A stretch of DNA of 62,489 nt, filler included, from Globobulimina sp. (GCA_003354225.1; 24 parts of 24 records of this genome joined end to end with filler, not necessarily neighbours in it), one strand, 5' to 3'. Counted from the first letter of the whole stretch, positions 11,160-24,909 are shown. The notes: a model not told the origin generated them from the letters alone. Numbers and translations are program-made.

Positions 11160-12527
11160 TCAACGGAATGGTTGGGTCCAAACCCATTTATTCGCTCCCC
11201 ATTTAACATTATCTTTCCCCACAACGGGACACGCTCCGTGCAGTGATTCAGGGTCAATCTCGCCATTTGGCTTCGCACTATAAAAAATAATCGCCGTTCC
11301 TTTTTTTGGCTTCACCACCAAGCCACCGCCGGTATGACAGTCATCGATGGTCACTAACTTCAAAGATCGTGGCCTGGGAAGCTTCCCACTCATCGGGAAG
11401 AAGGTATATCCGCCGCCACCCTCTGGCACTTTGCTCAAATACCAATACAAGGTCACTGCTCTATTCTTGCCATATCTTATCTTGCTTTCTTGCGCAGTGC
11501 CTTTATATAATTGCGGGTCAAAATAATCCCAATGGCTGTCATATTGCTGCGTCTCTTTGTACCTTAACACCTGCATCAACTCCTGATGTTGCATGGGAAT
11601 ATGCAATATTTGTTCCGTATAATTATTGATGGCATTCACCACATTGTCATCAGTCGACGGGCGCAGCCAATGAGTGGTAGACGTCCTGTATAAGACAATC
11701 GATATCATATCATATATAATCATACAAATAGACAACAGAAAGTACCTCCATTTGCGTGCACTGCCTTGCGTGTTATGCATATGGGAGACACCGCTGTCTT
11801 TCATGAACGGCTCTGATAAAGTTTTGATATGATCGCAATAACTGTGCGGGATGAAGTTGTCGACCAATATAACGATGGGATGACAAGAAAGCGTTTCTAG
11901 TTTGTAAGTTATATACGGTTTGGCAGTGTTGTCGGAAGTGTCTGCATTTTTGATCTGAAGCTGTCGCGTAAAGCCAATATGGATGGGCGGCCATATAAAT
12001 ATCCCACCTTCGTAGATTAAGACGGTTCCACTGCGGATAAAGTCTGCCAAAGTTTCGATCTTTTGGCCATTCGAGTTATACATTGTCCATTCATTAAAAC
12101 CAGGCGGCCGCGGTATAATTGATAAGGCGGTTTGTAATCGGAGGCGAAGTGCAAAAATGTCGGTTATAGCATCCGTGGAAAGTGCAATATTGCCATTGGT
12201 GGCAGAATCGTTGATGCCGTTAATGAAATATTCGACGTTTAATTGATTTGGTTTAGGATCAACACATAGGACATGGTAGCCATCCAATGTTCCGTTTTGA
12301 TTTATCCATTGGTTTGAAACGCATTCAGAGACATCGATATTGTCAGCGAGTGGAGAAGACTGAGTTTGTGATTCGGCAGTGTGTGATAGGTCAATTGCGA
12401 TTGGTTCTGATGGTGCTACGTCAGAATCACATGATTTTTCACTTTCGTTGTCATTGGGATTGGAATACGATTCGAGTAATAATATGGAAATATATACGAT
12501 GCATAAGAACTTTGCTATTGGGAGCAT
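11160..12527 (-). CDS. Prolyl 4-hydroxylase (2OG-Fe(II) dioxygenase) with signal peptide; in-frame 60-nt intron 11686-11745
   Basis: 'QVLRYKETQQYDSHWDYF', 'SLHGACPV', 'KWGANKW' motifs; removing the GT-AG segment restores 'WRTSTTHW'. Confidence 0.93.
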   Translation of the reverse strand: MLPIAKFLCIVYISILLLESYSNPNDNESEKSCDSDVAPSEPIAIDLSHTAESQTQSSPLADNIDVSECVSNQWINQNGTLDGYHVLCVDPKPNQLNVEYFINGINDSATNGNIALSTDAITDIFALRLRLQTALSIIPRPPGFNEWTMYNSNGQKIETLADFIRSGTVLIYEGGIFIWPPIHIGFTRQLQIKNADTSDNTAKPYITYKLETLSCHPIVILVDNFIPHSYCDHIKTLSEPFMKDSGVSHMHNTQGSARKWRYFLLSICMIIYDMISIVLYRTSTTHWLRPSTDDNVVNAINNYTEQILHIPMQHQELMQVLRYKETQQYDSHWDYFDPQLYKGTAQESKIRYGKNRAVTLYWYLSKVPEGGGGYTFFPMSGKLPRPRSLKLVTIDDCHTGGGLVVKPKKGTAIIFYSAKPNGEIDPESLHGACPVVGKDNVKWGANKWVWTQPFR

Positions 12528-13046
12528 GGTAACCAAGTAACTAAGTTAACAAAAACAGTTATAATCTTCGATCAGGGCGGAACAGTCAACAGTATAATGA
12601 GCAAAAAACGGAAGTGCTAAATATTTCGCCAATTGGAACCAAGCGTATTCGATGCATAAACATTTGCTTGCATAAAGTATTTCAAAATCATTATATTACA
12701 GTTGTGTCTGCAGTGCGTGGGCCGTGTCTACAGTGATTTAGTTTGGAATCGGACAGACAAAATGATTCAATTCAAATTACAATGACAAATATTTAACTAA
12801 GAAAATACAATGAAAACTAGAATACCTCCAAGGATATAGAAAAAGCAAAAAACTAAATAATTGTGGGAAATTAGTAAAATGTTCATATTCACAACATTAC
12901 GGCCATTGTTGGTCTTTATATTTATTGATTTGTTGAAATTTTGTTTNNNNNNNNNNNNNNNNNNNNNNNNNNNNNNNNNNNNNNNNNNNNTTAATTAATT
13001 AANNNNNNNNNNNNNNNNNNNNNNNNNNNNNNNNNNNNNNNNNNNN

Positions 13047-15555
13047 TTTGTTGATTATCATTATTTTCAGTTTCGTTTTCCAATAAACTTAAACTTTTCT
13101 GCAATCCAAGAGCAGTTTTTTGATCATGAGGTAAATATTTATCAGCTGCGACAATTAAAAGATCATTTGATTGATTAACAACATGTACATCGCTTGCAAT
13201 TGTTTGCGATTCTATTATTTTAACCTCATTGTCATTGTTAATAAATTTAAATCTAAACACGGGTTTAGCAGAATCATCATTGGCTAAAATAATATCCATT
13301 GTAGAATATGACTCATTCATATTATTATCCATTGCTGGCTCAATAATTGTTGTTAAATTGGTTGCTGTATCGTTAAAATTGCATGAAATATCCGTAAATG
13401 GTGTAATATTTCCAGTATTGTTACAAATAGAAGTACTGCACGTGGTGTTACTGGGCGTTGCCGTGGATTTGGATGCTGGCGTATTTTGTTGTTTTTTTGC
13501 TTTTCTAAATTGTATTTGTTTTATTTCGTGTTGGTGCTGCTGTATTATTTTGCGCATTGAACCGCGATACATCCAATATAAACATATTAAACATATAACA
13601 TCAATAATTTCATAAATGACAGAAAATATAATTGATTGGTGCTTGGATGGATTAATAGAAAGATAAATCGTTGAGAATGATTGGAAAATAAAATAAAATG
13701 TAATAAGTACATTGATTGTTAGTAATTTGCGAACAAGTTTGCGATCTGAAGAACCGAATGGTTGTTTTGACGATATTTCTGCTCCGCGTTGCAATACTTT
13801 GCCCACCAAATATGAATAAATTGTCATTATTATTGATATTGTACTTATTATTATAGACCAAATAAGTGCACATATTGTAAGTACAATGTCTGCTGAAACG
13901 TGTGTAGCAATCATATAATATATAATTAATATGATACATAGAAATACATTCAATGAAATTAAAAATCTTTTTAATGCTTTCATTTTATAAAATATATCAA
14001 TGATAAAACAATGCGCGATACCAAACCATGAGTAAAAAATCATTGAATAGATGGCAAACCATGTGAGCTGCGGCAATAATAACAGCAACGAGTATATGTC
14101 AATGGATGCTGTGCTGCGAGTTGTTTTTGTAATATATGCTTGAATGCAACATAAAAAATGTAAAAACGCTGTAACACCAATCAAAATCATACAAATTAAA
14201 GCTTTATTATCTTTCCATTTAAACTGAGCTTTTTTAGTTTTTCTGTAATTGAGAAATGGATATATTTCATACATTGTAAGACAACAAAGACTAAAAAACA
14301 ATGTTGCAATAAAGAAATTGATGTAATCCCATTCCTTTGATGCTAACCAGTCCGATATATATTTATTATTTGCAGTTCCAACTAATTCTGTTGAATGTAT
14401 ATTGTGTATGGTGGCAAATCTGGTTAAATGAGAACATGAACAATGTATTCCATGGCCATTACTGCTAATTACAGTTGTATCACATCCATCAGTTTGCCAA
14501 ATATTACTCTGCTGATTGTACCAAACACATTGAAATGTATCATGTGTATCTATCTCTATCTCATTTAATGGAAATATAAATTCAATATTTGATGATAAAT
14601 GGCTTGTATTTGTGCTATTACCTAAAATGCTGACTGATATACATTCATTTGATATGGTTCCTGTTTGTAAATTATCGATGTCGTCGCTTGTTGTGGTGAC
14701 TAATACGGAAACGTTTTGAGCTGTCAGTGTTTCCATGATAACAATTAATACATCCACAAAATCAAATATTGCTTCATTGTTCGCATTAGCTGTCGTTACA
14801 TCATTTGGTATATGGATATCAATATTGTTTACATTTATATCAATTTTTTGATTGTTTATACGCACGGAGTATAGGCTAAAAACCTTGAATTTATCATAGA
14901 TTGTAATTTCACCGGGAATTGAAGATGAAATACCAATTAACTCCGATATATATAACGTTGATGATACCAAATTATATAAATCTGTGGAATTATCAGCAGA
15001 TAAATATTTAAATAAATCTATATCCATCATACAAGATATTAATGAGTATAATAAATGATGATAGTCTGTGTTAAATACTATTGGTGATAGATTATAGGTA
15101 ATGTCCTCATTACCTTGTTGATTTTTTGCATATATTTTTGGTATTTTTGTTAATATTGAATGAGACGAAATGGTTAAATCCTGAACTGATTCAATATAAC
15201 TTGTGATATATTCACATGGATCCAATATAACAAATAATACATTAACCAAACTACTCAAATCAAATAAATCCAACACATTGAATACATTCATCCTCTCCAT
15301 TAATAATATAACTGTTTGTGTCAACGAAATAGGCAACAATGTATTACATACACTTAAATCATTAATGTAATCTTGCAACACACTCAAAATGTCCTGCAAT
15401 GAATTCGGAATACATTGGATAGATTCTCCAGTATATTTGTTTAAATATTGCAAATAAATATCAATTTTCGATAGTAATGCTGATGGATGTGAATGTATAA
15501 ATGGTTCGACTATTTCTTGTCTGATATCTAAACATTGGGAATATGATTTTATCTA
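13047..15555 (-). CDS. GAIN/GPS-domain 7TM receptor (adhesion-GPCR/REJ-like), both ends truncated
   Basis: GPS motif 'CVWYNQQSNIWQTDGC...CSCSHLTRFA' followed by seven TM helices and a low-complexity tail. Confidence 0.9.
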
Positions 15556-15655
15556 NNNNNNNNNNNNNNNNNNNNNNNNNNNNNNNNNNNNNNNNNNNNT
15601 TAATTAATTAANNNNNNNNNNNNNNNNNNNNNNNNNNNNNNNNNNNNNNNNNNNN

Positions 15656-18077
15656 GGTTTCAAGTGGTGTGTACTGTACTGGAATGAGTGATCATTGTAT
15701 GACATATGCTGCTCTTGAAATCAAACATAATCATCCTAAATTTGTCAAGAAACTTGTCCGAAGTTACCGAAAAATAAATGAAGATAATTTCCGTGCTGAT
15801 ATTGTCAATGCAGACTGGTCAGATGTTACATCAGCCATCGATCAACAAAATCTACAGTATGCAGTTCAGAAATTTAGTGAAATATTTCAAAATATTTTTG
15901 ACACTCATGCCCCTGCCAGACTCACGAGAGTGAAGTATGGTTCACGTCCATGGGTAAATGCTGAATTACGTGGTTGGATGAAAATGAGAGATGAATATCT
16001 GGTAGCTTCAATCAAGTCTAGAGATGAAAACGACTGGAATGAATATAAACGCATACGAAACTTCACTGTCTCCTTAATGAGAGAGGCAAAATCTGATCAT
16101 TACAGAACAAAATTTGAAGAATGCAATGGAAATAGTCGCCAAACATGGAAAACTATTCGAGATCTTTTGCCCAAATCGACCAAACCCATTATTTCACTTG
16201 GAAAGAAAGAAGACCTGAAAAGAGCCACAATGTTTAATTCTTATTTTGCTCAAGTTGGGGAAAATACTTCCATTGAAGCCACAAATGGCCAGCCAGTGGA
16301 TGCCGAATTTGTAGCTAGTTCTATCCCAGCTACTGCCAAAACCTTCAATTTTCAACCTGTTACCAAGCTTCAATTAAGTCATATTATTCGACAACTTCCT
16401 AAATTTAAATCTCCAGGAAAGGACGGAATAAATGGCTTTATCATAAATATGGTTTTTCCCCAAATTGAAAATTTATTGCTTAAAATTATTAATCTGTCAT
16501 TGTCAAGTGGATCTTTTCCTGATTGCTGGAAAGAAGCTGTTATTGTTGCCATTCACAAATCTGGTTCTATGGAAAATCCCGGAAATTATCGACCTATTGC
16601 TCTTTTGCCCCTATTTTCAAAGATCTTGGAAAAAATAGTGTACAATCAACTGTACCAACATTTTGAACAGTTTGTCAATGAAAATCAGTTTGGTTTTCTT
16701 CGAGGTCGATCGACTGAAACTGCCCTTTTACTTGTAACTGATGGCATTCATTCCAATATTCAGAAAAAGCAAGTCACTTCATTGGCATTGTTGGATATGA
16801 GCAGGGCCTTTGACTGTATAAATCATTCGATTTTACTTGCAAAGCTGGTACAATATGGAATAAAAGGGACAGAGCTTAATTGGTTCAAATCATATTTATC
16901 AAATCGATCTCAGATGGTCAGAATCGGAAACGAAGTGTCCCCCTCACTCAACGTTTCTACTGGAGTTCCACAGGGCTCTAATATGGGCCCACTGTTATTT
17001 CTTATTGCCATAAATGACCTACCATCTGTTGTGAAACACTGTGAGATTACTATGTTCGCAGATGATGTTCAATTGCGTCTCAGCTTTCGCCCTAAGGATG
17101 CTGCTCTTGCATATACCAACATTCAATCTGATTTAACATCAATTGCTATGTGGTGCTCGAAAAATTGTCTGAAAATTAACCCAACCAAGTCACAAGTGGT
17201 TACTATTGGAACGCGTCAAAACCGGGATTTACTACAATTATCACCTAATCTGACATTGCTCAACAAATCACTTCAGGTGGTATCTGAAGCTAAAAATCTT
17301 GGCCTCATTTTCGATGAAAACTTGAACTATTTTTCTCACTTACAATCAGTCACCAAAAGATGCAAACGCGATCTCGGCGCCATATCAAGAGTAAAGAAAT
17401 GTTTGCCACGAAATCTTCTAATAAGATCTATTGAGTCTATTGTCTTGCCTAAACTCTATTATTGTTCCACTGTGCTTCAAGCAGCCCCTTTGTCATATAT
17501 TGAAAATTCAATGAATCGAGTCATAAATTTTGCTGCCAAGCTTGTATGTGGGCTCCGAAAGTATGACAGAGCAAGTGCCTCTAGAAAAGAACTCAAATGG
17601 TTGAAGCCTCATATTGAATTGAAATACCGGACTCAAATATTTACATACAAAATACTTTTGAATCAATCTCCTACGTCACTTATTCCTGTGCTGACATTGT
17701 CAAATTTAAGAAGATCTAGACGGCTCAACAAAATGCCGAAACTGAACTTACCATCATTCACTACTGATGCCGCAAAGAGAGCTTTTCAATATCGTGCTCC
17801 CAATTTATTAAATGAAGCATGTGAAATACTGCAAATTAATTTAAATTTTCCTATAACATATCAAAAGTTTAAGAAACTATTAGTACAATATTATCAATCT
17901 GGTCTATAGTAGAATAATTGTAGCTTATATATTATTCAGTTCACTTGTTTGTTGTTGTTTGCACTGCCGACTCTCCTTACTTGTTATGTTTTATATTGTA
18001 TTTATACTTTGTATCTCATATTACTAGCAGATGCTATATCAAGTGAGGAGTAAACGATTACGATTACGATTACGATT
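15656..18077 (+). mobile_element. Non-LTR retrotransposon (L2/Crack/CR1 group), 3' part: RT ORF to 17909, 3'UTR and (ACGATT)4 tail
   Basis: End of APE endonuclease 'SDH'; RT motifs 'NYRPIALL', 'LLDMSRAFD', 'GVPQGSNMGP', 'FADD', 'KNLG'; tandem-repeat tail 18054-18077. Confidence 0.93.
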
Positions 18078-18525
18078 AACTTATACTATCAGGACTTTGG
18101 CGATTTTGGTCAAAGCCAAAGTCATTGATTACAATGTCCTCCGGGGATCTATATTCCTCCCGTGNNNNNNNNNNNNNNNNNNNNNNNNNNNNNNNNNNNN
18201 NNNNNNNNTTAATTAATTAANNNNNNNNNNNNNNNNNNNNNNNNNNNNNNNNNNNNNNNNNNNNAGCAATGATATGATCACTACTTGTCAGCATGTTCCA
18301 AATCATAAATACTAAATCACATAAATCATCGTACTGTACAGCAAATTTAATTTAATTAATAACTTACCATGTACCAATATCACAGCACATGAGAAAATCG
18401 ACTACGTTTTGGACGTGTTGACCGACATCTTTAATTTGTTATATTTTAAATTTTGTGGTAAAATATATCTTAAAAAGATATGATTATCACTCAAAAAGTT
18501 TTGAGAGCTTTATACTTTTAACAAC

Positions 18526-20773
18526 ATGTCCTCACAATTGTTTGCTACCATAATAGTATGCATATCGGCACAACTAACCATCTCTCATACGCACAACGAT
18601 CACTCTCCACATCATGAATGTGTAAATAACCATCACCAGATACAGAAAGGGACAAATCTATGGCAAATGAATATGGAATATAAAAATCATCCATATGAAC
18701 AAACCAATCAAAATCCATCATTGGCAACAAACCAACATCGCTCACTACTCTCCGAAAACGAGATACAACCAATTAGAATTCGCGCATACTACGACACAAA
18801 CTCAATAACAAATAATAATTTACTAACATCCACACAAAAACAATACCTTAAATCTGTGATCAGTGCATCGATTAATTACTACCAATCTTTTGTGCGTATC
18901 ATTCCTGTGGACGGCACTTATTTCTTTCAACGAACCTGTCTTTCTTGGTATAGTCAACCATATGGAAACGGGAAAAGTTGCCTTTCTTACGCAGCTGATC
19001 AGTATTGTCAAAGTGCGCCAGTTCCAGATGAACATCTCGCTGAACAGTTATTATATTCAACCAATCCGGACACAGCCACAGCTATCTCGGGCGGTGTAGG
19101 CATATCTGACGCAGATTTGGTGCTTTATATCACAGCTTATGACACTAATTCTTGTGGTGGGTCCACTTTAGCTCATGCCGGGCCGTGCGCGTATGACCAA
19201 TATGGTAGACCTGTCGCAGGGAATATAAATGTTTGTGGTAATTTCTTTGCAAGTGTTGGCTGGAAAAAAGATGTACAAACTATGCTGCATGAAATGAGTC
19301 ATGTGACTATTATGTTACCTTCATTATGGGATGGATTTAAAGATCCAAACGGAAACACTTTGGCTTTGAGTGATGTGTATCAATATGACCCAAACTATAA
19401 AGTGCCGATTATCAAATCTACGAAGGTGCAAATGTTAGCAAAACAACATTTTGGTTGCAGTTCAGCTGATGTCAATGGTTTACCATTACAAAGCAATTCG
19501 AGCAGTCATTGGCATACTAAATGGTTATATGCGGAAAATATGAATCCTACAATTTGGGGCGGCTCGACTTATTATTCCAAATTTACATTGGCGTTAATGG
19601 TTTGTTACATTTTTACACTCTGTTTTCAGTTTGTATGGTTTGTTTGTTTTTGTTTCGGAAAGATAACTTGTCATATTTTCAGTTTTTATAGTTACAACCA
19701 AACAAATCTGAAAAAATAATATATTGTACACATAACATATTTTAGGAAGATAGTGGTTGGTATGTAGTAAATTATGAACATGCTGAACCATATTATTTTG
19801 GCATTAATGAAGGATGTGAATTCTGGGAGAAAGACTGTGTAGACAAAGCCAGTGGAACTTCGAATTTTCCACATTTTTTCTGTGACTCTTCAGCGGATGA
19901 TGGCTGCAACGCTGATTATAGTGCCCCTGCAAGTTGTATATTCCTGTCAAGTCTAGCTGATGTACCTGAAGAATTTCAATATTACTCTTCAAATCCGACA
20001 TATGGTGGTGTTGCGGATGCAGATTATTGCTCTATGCGAGATCCATCAGGTAAAGATTACGAATCTATTTGTTGGGATATCAGAGGCAATACACAAGACA
20101 CACCCTATCAATCTGAAATATGGGGATCAACTTCGCGATGTTCTGATATTCGTCGAACTGATGGTGGCTCAGATAAAGGATATTGTTTCGTGCATGAATG
20201 TTATGGCTTCGATTCCATTACGTCTCAGTATGCTGGAGTTAATATAAAATTCAGCGCGACTGAGACTGTTCAATGTGACCGCGATGATGCATTCAAAACA
20301 AAAACATTATTATCTGTCAGTGATCGAGAGTTAACCTGTCCTGATATTGATATTATATGCAGCAGGAATTCAAATTTTGGTGCTTGTTATTACGGACATT
20401 ACAGTGACATCGAAAGTAAATGTATGTGCACTCCGGGCTATACAGGCACGGATTGCAATACATTCGACGATGAAAGTGATACCGAAGTGATCTTAGCGGT
20501 AAGTAAAGCACCGACAACGGACCCCGGCACTGCTCCAAATAGTGTATGTTTCCAAAACTGGGATGATTATGCAAGCAGTTTTAATGGCGAATGGGTGTTT
20601 AAGTCCATATGGAATGAATATGGTGTTTATGGCAAACCTTCTATAACAAATAGGGTGTTATTTTGGGACATTTTGGATCATTCCTGGCAGATTAGTACCG
20701 ATATAGATGGATCAGGTGTTTATTGTGAATGTTCAGTGTCTGAATTTACGCCAGATATTGCTGATTGTAATGG
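18526..20773 (+). CDS. Leishmanolysin/GP63-like M8 metallopeptidase with EGF-like module; intron 19600-19745; 3' truncated
   Basis: Signal peptide, 'GRPVAGNINVC', HEMSH, 'SSHW', 'ENM'; splice gives 'TLALM|EDSGWY'; EGF 'CMCTPGYTGTDC'. Confidence 0.93.
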
Positions 20774-21806
20774 NNNNNNNNNNNNNNNNNNNNNNNNNNN
20801 NNNNNNNNNNNNNNNNNTTAATTAATTAANNNNNNNNNNNNNNNNNNNNNNNNNNNNNNNNNNNNNNNNNNNNGACAGTAACTAGAGTCGAAATGTGGGT
20901 CATGCATATTCGTCTCTTTATAACTCAGTGCCTGACCGGTTCCCTAATTCGGCTGAGGCTGTCTCGACAACGTTATTTATGGATATCATATTTTTTATTC
21001 TTTATTCAAAATTTATATCTGGATTATTATCGGTACGTACTCTGCAATTTAATTTATTTATTTATTTATATTTAAATAGAAAAAAAACAAAAATAGCAAG
21101 CAAGCTGCTGGCCTGCTGCTGCTAGCTACGTATAACAAGTTATTACAATATTGCATAATCATCAAATTACAATTATTTTTCCCTTTTATTTGTACATGCT
21201 ACAAAATGTTAAGCTGATTTTCAAAAACTGCAGTAAGCTGCATCTTAAATCATGTCACATGGAGAGATCTAGAATTAAATCAGATACGTTTTTATTATGT
21301 TTTGTTTTGTTTTGTTTTGTGTTGTGAATGTAAAAAATATAACATTCTCAGAACGATGGCGTATGGCGGAATTGGTTGAGAATAAATTGGTTTTAATTCC
21401 GATCATTATCCCAAATTCCCAGCAATTTATTATTCATAAACGAGAAGAATTTTCTATTATTTGCGCATCGCAATTCTCACCAAATCCCAATATTCATTGT
21501 AATCAAACACCGCGTAATTCTGCCTCCTTCCAAACACGTCGCCTTCACCGCCAATCAACGCAAACAAAACATGCCGCAAACTGCAAAAAATTAAGCCAAA
21601 ATATGGCGACAACAAATGAATATGTTTTTATCCCAACAAATTATCCAAAACGAGACGCACAATCCGCCCAATGGAACGAGATCGCGTTCCATGTCGTGAC
21701 CAACACCGAGATCGACAAGAAAATAATGCAAAATGAATTACGTGGCAAATTCTTACAGTAGTACTGTACTAGTACTGTGCTAACATAAATGAAATAGCAA
21801 TGGAAT

Positions 21807-22400
21807 TTGCAAGGGAATTTTGAATCAAATTTTGCATCATCTGACTATGTGACTGTTCATTTGGAACAAACCTCATTTTCCACAGATCTTTTTCTTGATG
21901 TGGCTTGCAGTGAATGCCAGAATGAATTAGTAATTAACGTTGTATCGCTGAAAAGGAATTATAATGAGAACTTTACAATGGAAATAACAGTGATCGATGA
22001 TATTTTATATTCAATCAATGCAGATTTATCATTGGATATTATTGGCAGTCCTATCGGATATGGTCCTGACAGCAACAATATTACGTGTAGTGAATGTGCA
22101 GAAGGGTATTTTAATCAAGTCCCAAATAATGTGAATTCATGTAAAAGTTGCAATTCCGGCATTCTGAAAGGGATTGAATGTATCGACGCAACGATTTATG
22201 TATCACAAAAATATTGGATGGATATCGTTGATGATGCAATCATTTCTGCTGATTGTCCATCTGGTTATTGCTGTCGAAATCAGGTTTGTAAAACTAACGC
22301 CGGAAATACATTGTATCTTATCTGTGTTGTTAAACACATTCATTTGATTAGGATGACTTTGGATGTGATTATATCAATGGTGATCCAAGTTTATTATGTG
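21807..22400 (+). CDS. Fragment of a Cys-rich (TNFR/furin-repeat-like) extracellular protein
   Basis: 'PIGYG...CSECAEGYF...CKSC...CPSGYCC'; probable short intron near 22285-22351; breaks off near 22400. Confidence 0.6.
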
Positions 22401-22450
22401 GGTTCAACAGAGAGCACACATCAAAGTTGGTCATTCTGAAAGTATGAACA

Positions 22451-22512
22451 GATGGACGCTGTGCTTGTCTGTTGCTGGGTTGATGGACGCTGTGCTTGTC
22501 TGTTGCTGGGTT
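22451..22512. repeat. 31-bp direct tandem repeat x2 (GATGGACGCTGTGCTTGTCTGTTGCTGGGTT)
   Basis: Two exact adjacent copies. Confidence 0.9.
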
Positions 22513-23003
22513 GGTGCAATATTGTTTGTGTTGGAATCCATGCTTGGATGGATTATTATCGTTTGGTATCTTGTCGGGGTTAATCTCTTTTCGTAAGGGT
22601 GGTAGTGAAAGGATGATGCGAGATTGCTGTAGATATCGATAGCTAGCGAAAAATTGGATAAAACAAAATTCAGGAAGCTCTTTATCTGTTTGTCATTGTG
22701 CTGTTGTGACTTGTGGATTGCTAATTTAATTATTGTGTACGTTTTGCAAGATTTCAAGCTGTTTCTTCAGTGGTGACAAAAATACAATGGTAAAAATGTC
22801 ACTAGAACTTTCAAATTATTTTAACGAACTATTGACCTGGTGGATGATATGTTGTACTGTACGTGGTGAGTCAGTGAGTCTCGCATTATCATCTCAATAG
22901 GCATTTGTTTTGAATTCAAGGAATATATAGGTTATTGTAGATAAATGAATTTTTATGAAGTAAAATATGTGTGGGGATGATGAGAGATAACACAGTTCGT
23001 TTG

Positions 23004-23381
23004 TTAATTTAGTGTTGATTCTGGTTCCTGAAATATAATGTAAGTATCATTTGCACCTAAACATATGTTTTTGACTAATTTCCCTTGTGATATTTTATCC
23101 ATAATTTCATTAATTTTGAGAGGTGACAATACCTTTTTTGCAATAATACTGCCGGACGGATCTCTTTCCACATCACTTTCGATCAATGTACATTGACTCC
23201 AATAATTGCATCCAAATAAATAATGTTCTCCTTGCTCTGTTTTAACATATGAGTGATGATAACCACATTTAATACTAACTATGCAATACTCTGATAAATT
23301 TCGTATCATATGAGGAAGAGTAATATCTTCAGTTGTACCATTTCCACATTGTCCATAATCATTCCTACCCCATGAGTATAC
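23004..23381 (-). CDS. RCC1-repeat protein, C-terminal part
   Basis: 'VYSWGRNDYGQCGNG...IVSIKCGYHHS...YLFGCNYWSQC'. Confidence 0.88.
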   Translation of the reverse strand, partial: VYSWGRNDYGQCGNGTTEDITLPHMIRNLSEYCIVSIKCGYHHSYVKTEQGEHYLFGCNYWSQCTLIESDVERDPSGSIIAKKVLSPLKINEIMDKISQGKLVKNICLGANDTYIIFQEPESTLN

Positions 23382-23481
23382 NNNNNNNNNNNNNNNNNNN
23401 NNNNNNNNNNNNNNNNNNNNNNNNNTTAATTAATTAANNNNNNNNNNNNNNNNNNNNNNNNNNNNNNNNNNNNNNNNNNNN

Positions 23482-24468
23482 TGCTCGATTTTGTGTCCAG
23501 AACAAGATGATGTTTTTTATTTTCCGCGATCAATTTTTCCTGCGTTGCACTGATAATCTCAACAACACCCAATGGCAATTTATATTGTTTCTGCGTCACT
23601 TTGAGAATAAATTCGTTCATTTTGCTATAATAATCATTGAACATTTGTTTTTTGATTTTAATTTCTTTTTGTTTTTGTAATTTGATATCTTGCCCTTCCT
23701 TCTCCTGCGAGTCCATATAATGTGATGGTATACGCGACATAGAGGACATACGTGATATCAAATCAGTTTCTGATTGTTGTTGTTGTATGAGATTCGATAT
23801 TCTATTGTTTGCGATATACAATTGTCTCTGTAAACTATCTATATCTTTCTCATATTTGATGTGGGCCATTTGCATCATTTTATTTGTCTGCTGCATTTGA
23901 ATCAATTTCTTGTCAATGTGCTCTTCTATATACACTTCGGCGTCTTCTATATTGTCCTGGATCTCTGTTAATTTATTTATTATAAATGTATCGGATTTCA
24001 TTCGCTGCGATTTATGATTCATAATGTATTGATTCATGCCATTTACTAAAAGGTCAACATTCTCTAATTTATCATACAACTCTTTGCTTTCTTTGCTTTG
24101 AATGGTTGGTGTATCCTGAGATTGTGATATGGAATCAGGCAGAAATTGCTTTATTGAGGCATCCAATTGCAAGGATTTGAGAGAAAACTCGGGCAAAGGA
24201 CGATAGCTCGATTTTTTATGGTGATCTATTTGTTTTTTCAATTCGTTGGCGATATTGAATTCATATTCGTCTAATTCCGTATTATTTATATCACTCACTT
24301 CGAGCTCGTCGTGAATTACGGATATTTGGGAATGCTGGGAAGGAATTGATTGCGATCTTACTCCTAAAAACAAATTGTTTTGATCAGCATCTTGTGAATC
24401 ACTATATGTACTATCCATGTCTGGCTTGATAATAATAGATGCTTGACTCGATTGGTAAGAGTGACTCA
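23482..24468 (-). CDS. Coiled-coil protein of unknown function, 3' truncated
   Basis: About 330 uninterrupted codons rich in Q/E/K heptads. Confidence 0.6.
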
Positions 24469-24909
24469 TTCTAAGTTGCAAGTAAGACGGATTAAAGTGG
24501 AAAAAGTGTCGGGGATATTGTTGGTTTTTGTTGTCAATGTTATATTAGTTTTTATGAATTTATGTCAGTTTTAATCAATTTACGTTAGTTTTAATTATAA
24601 ATTTATGTTAGTTTGTATTAATTTAGTGGAAAAATTGCAAGGAAATGGTGTTTGTTTTATCAATTATGTTTATGTGTGCATTTTAATTAATTAGTATGCA
24701 TTCTTCAAACAAAAAAAATGTATCTTTTATTTCAATTCACTAACCCATAATTATTGATACACATTTAACTATTTGTATATGATGGGTGTCTAGCTTAAGT
24801 GCCTGCGGTTGTTTCTGCCCAAACGAGTTCGCTCAATAATGTTTTTGCTTAAATATAACCCAACAATTTTCCACTTTCCGTGAATTTCCGTCTAAGAAGT
24901 GCAGAAAAT

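Noticed and set aside
20885-20970. Structured segment resembling a hammerhead ribozyme or SRP RNA
   Set aside because: A GAAA and a hairpin are present, but CTGAGGC is not CUGANGA, stem I does not form, and the SRP helix-8 motif is incomplete
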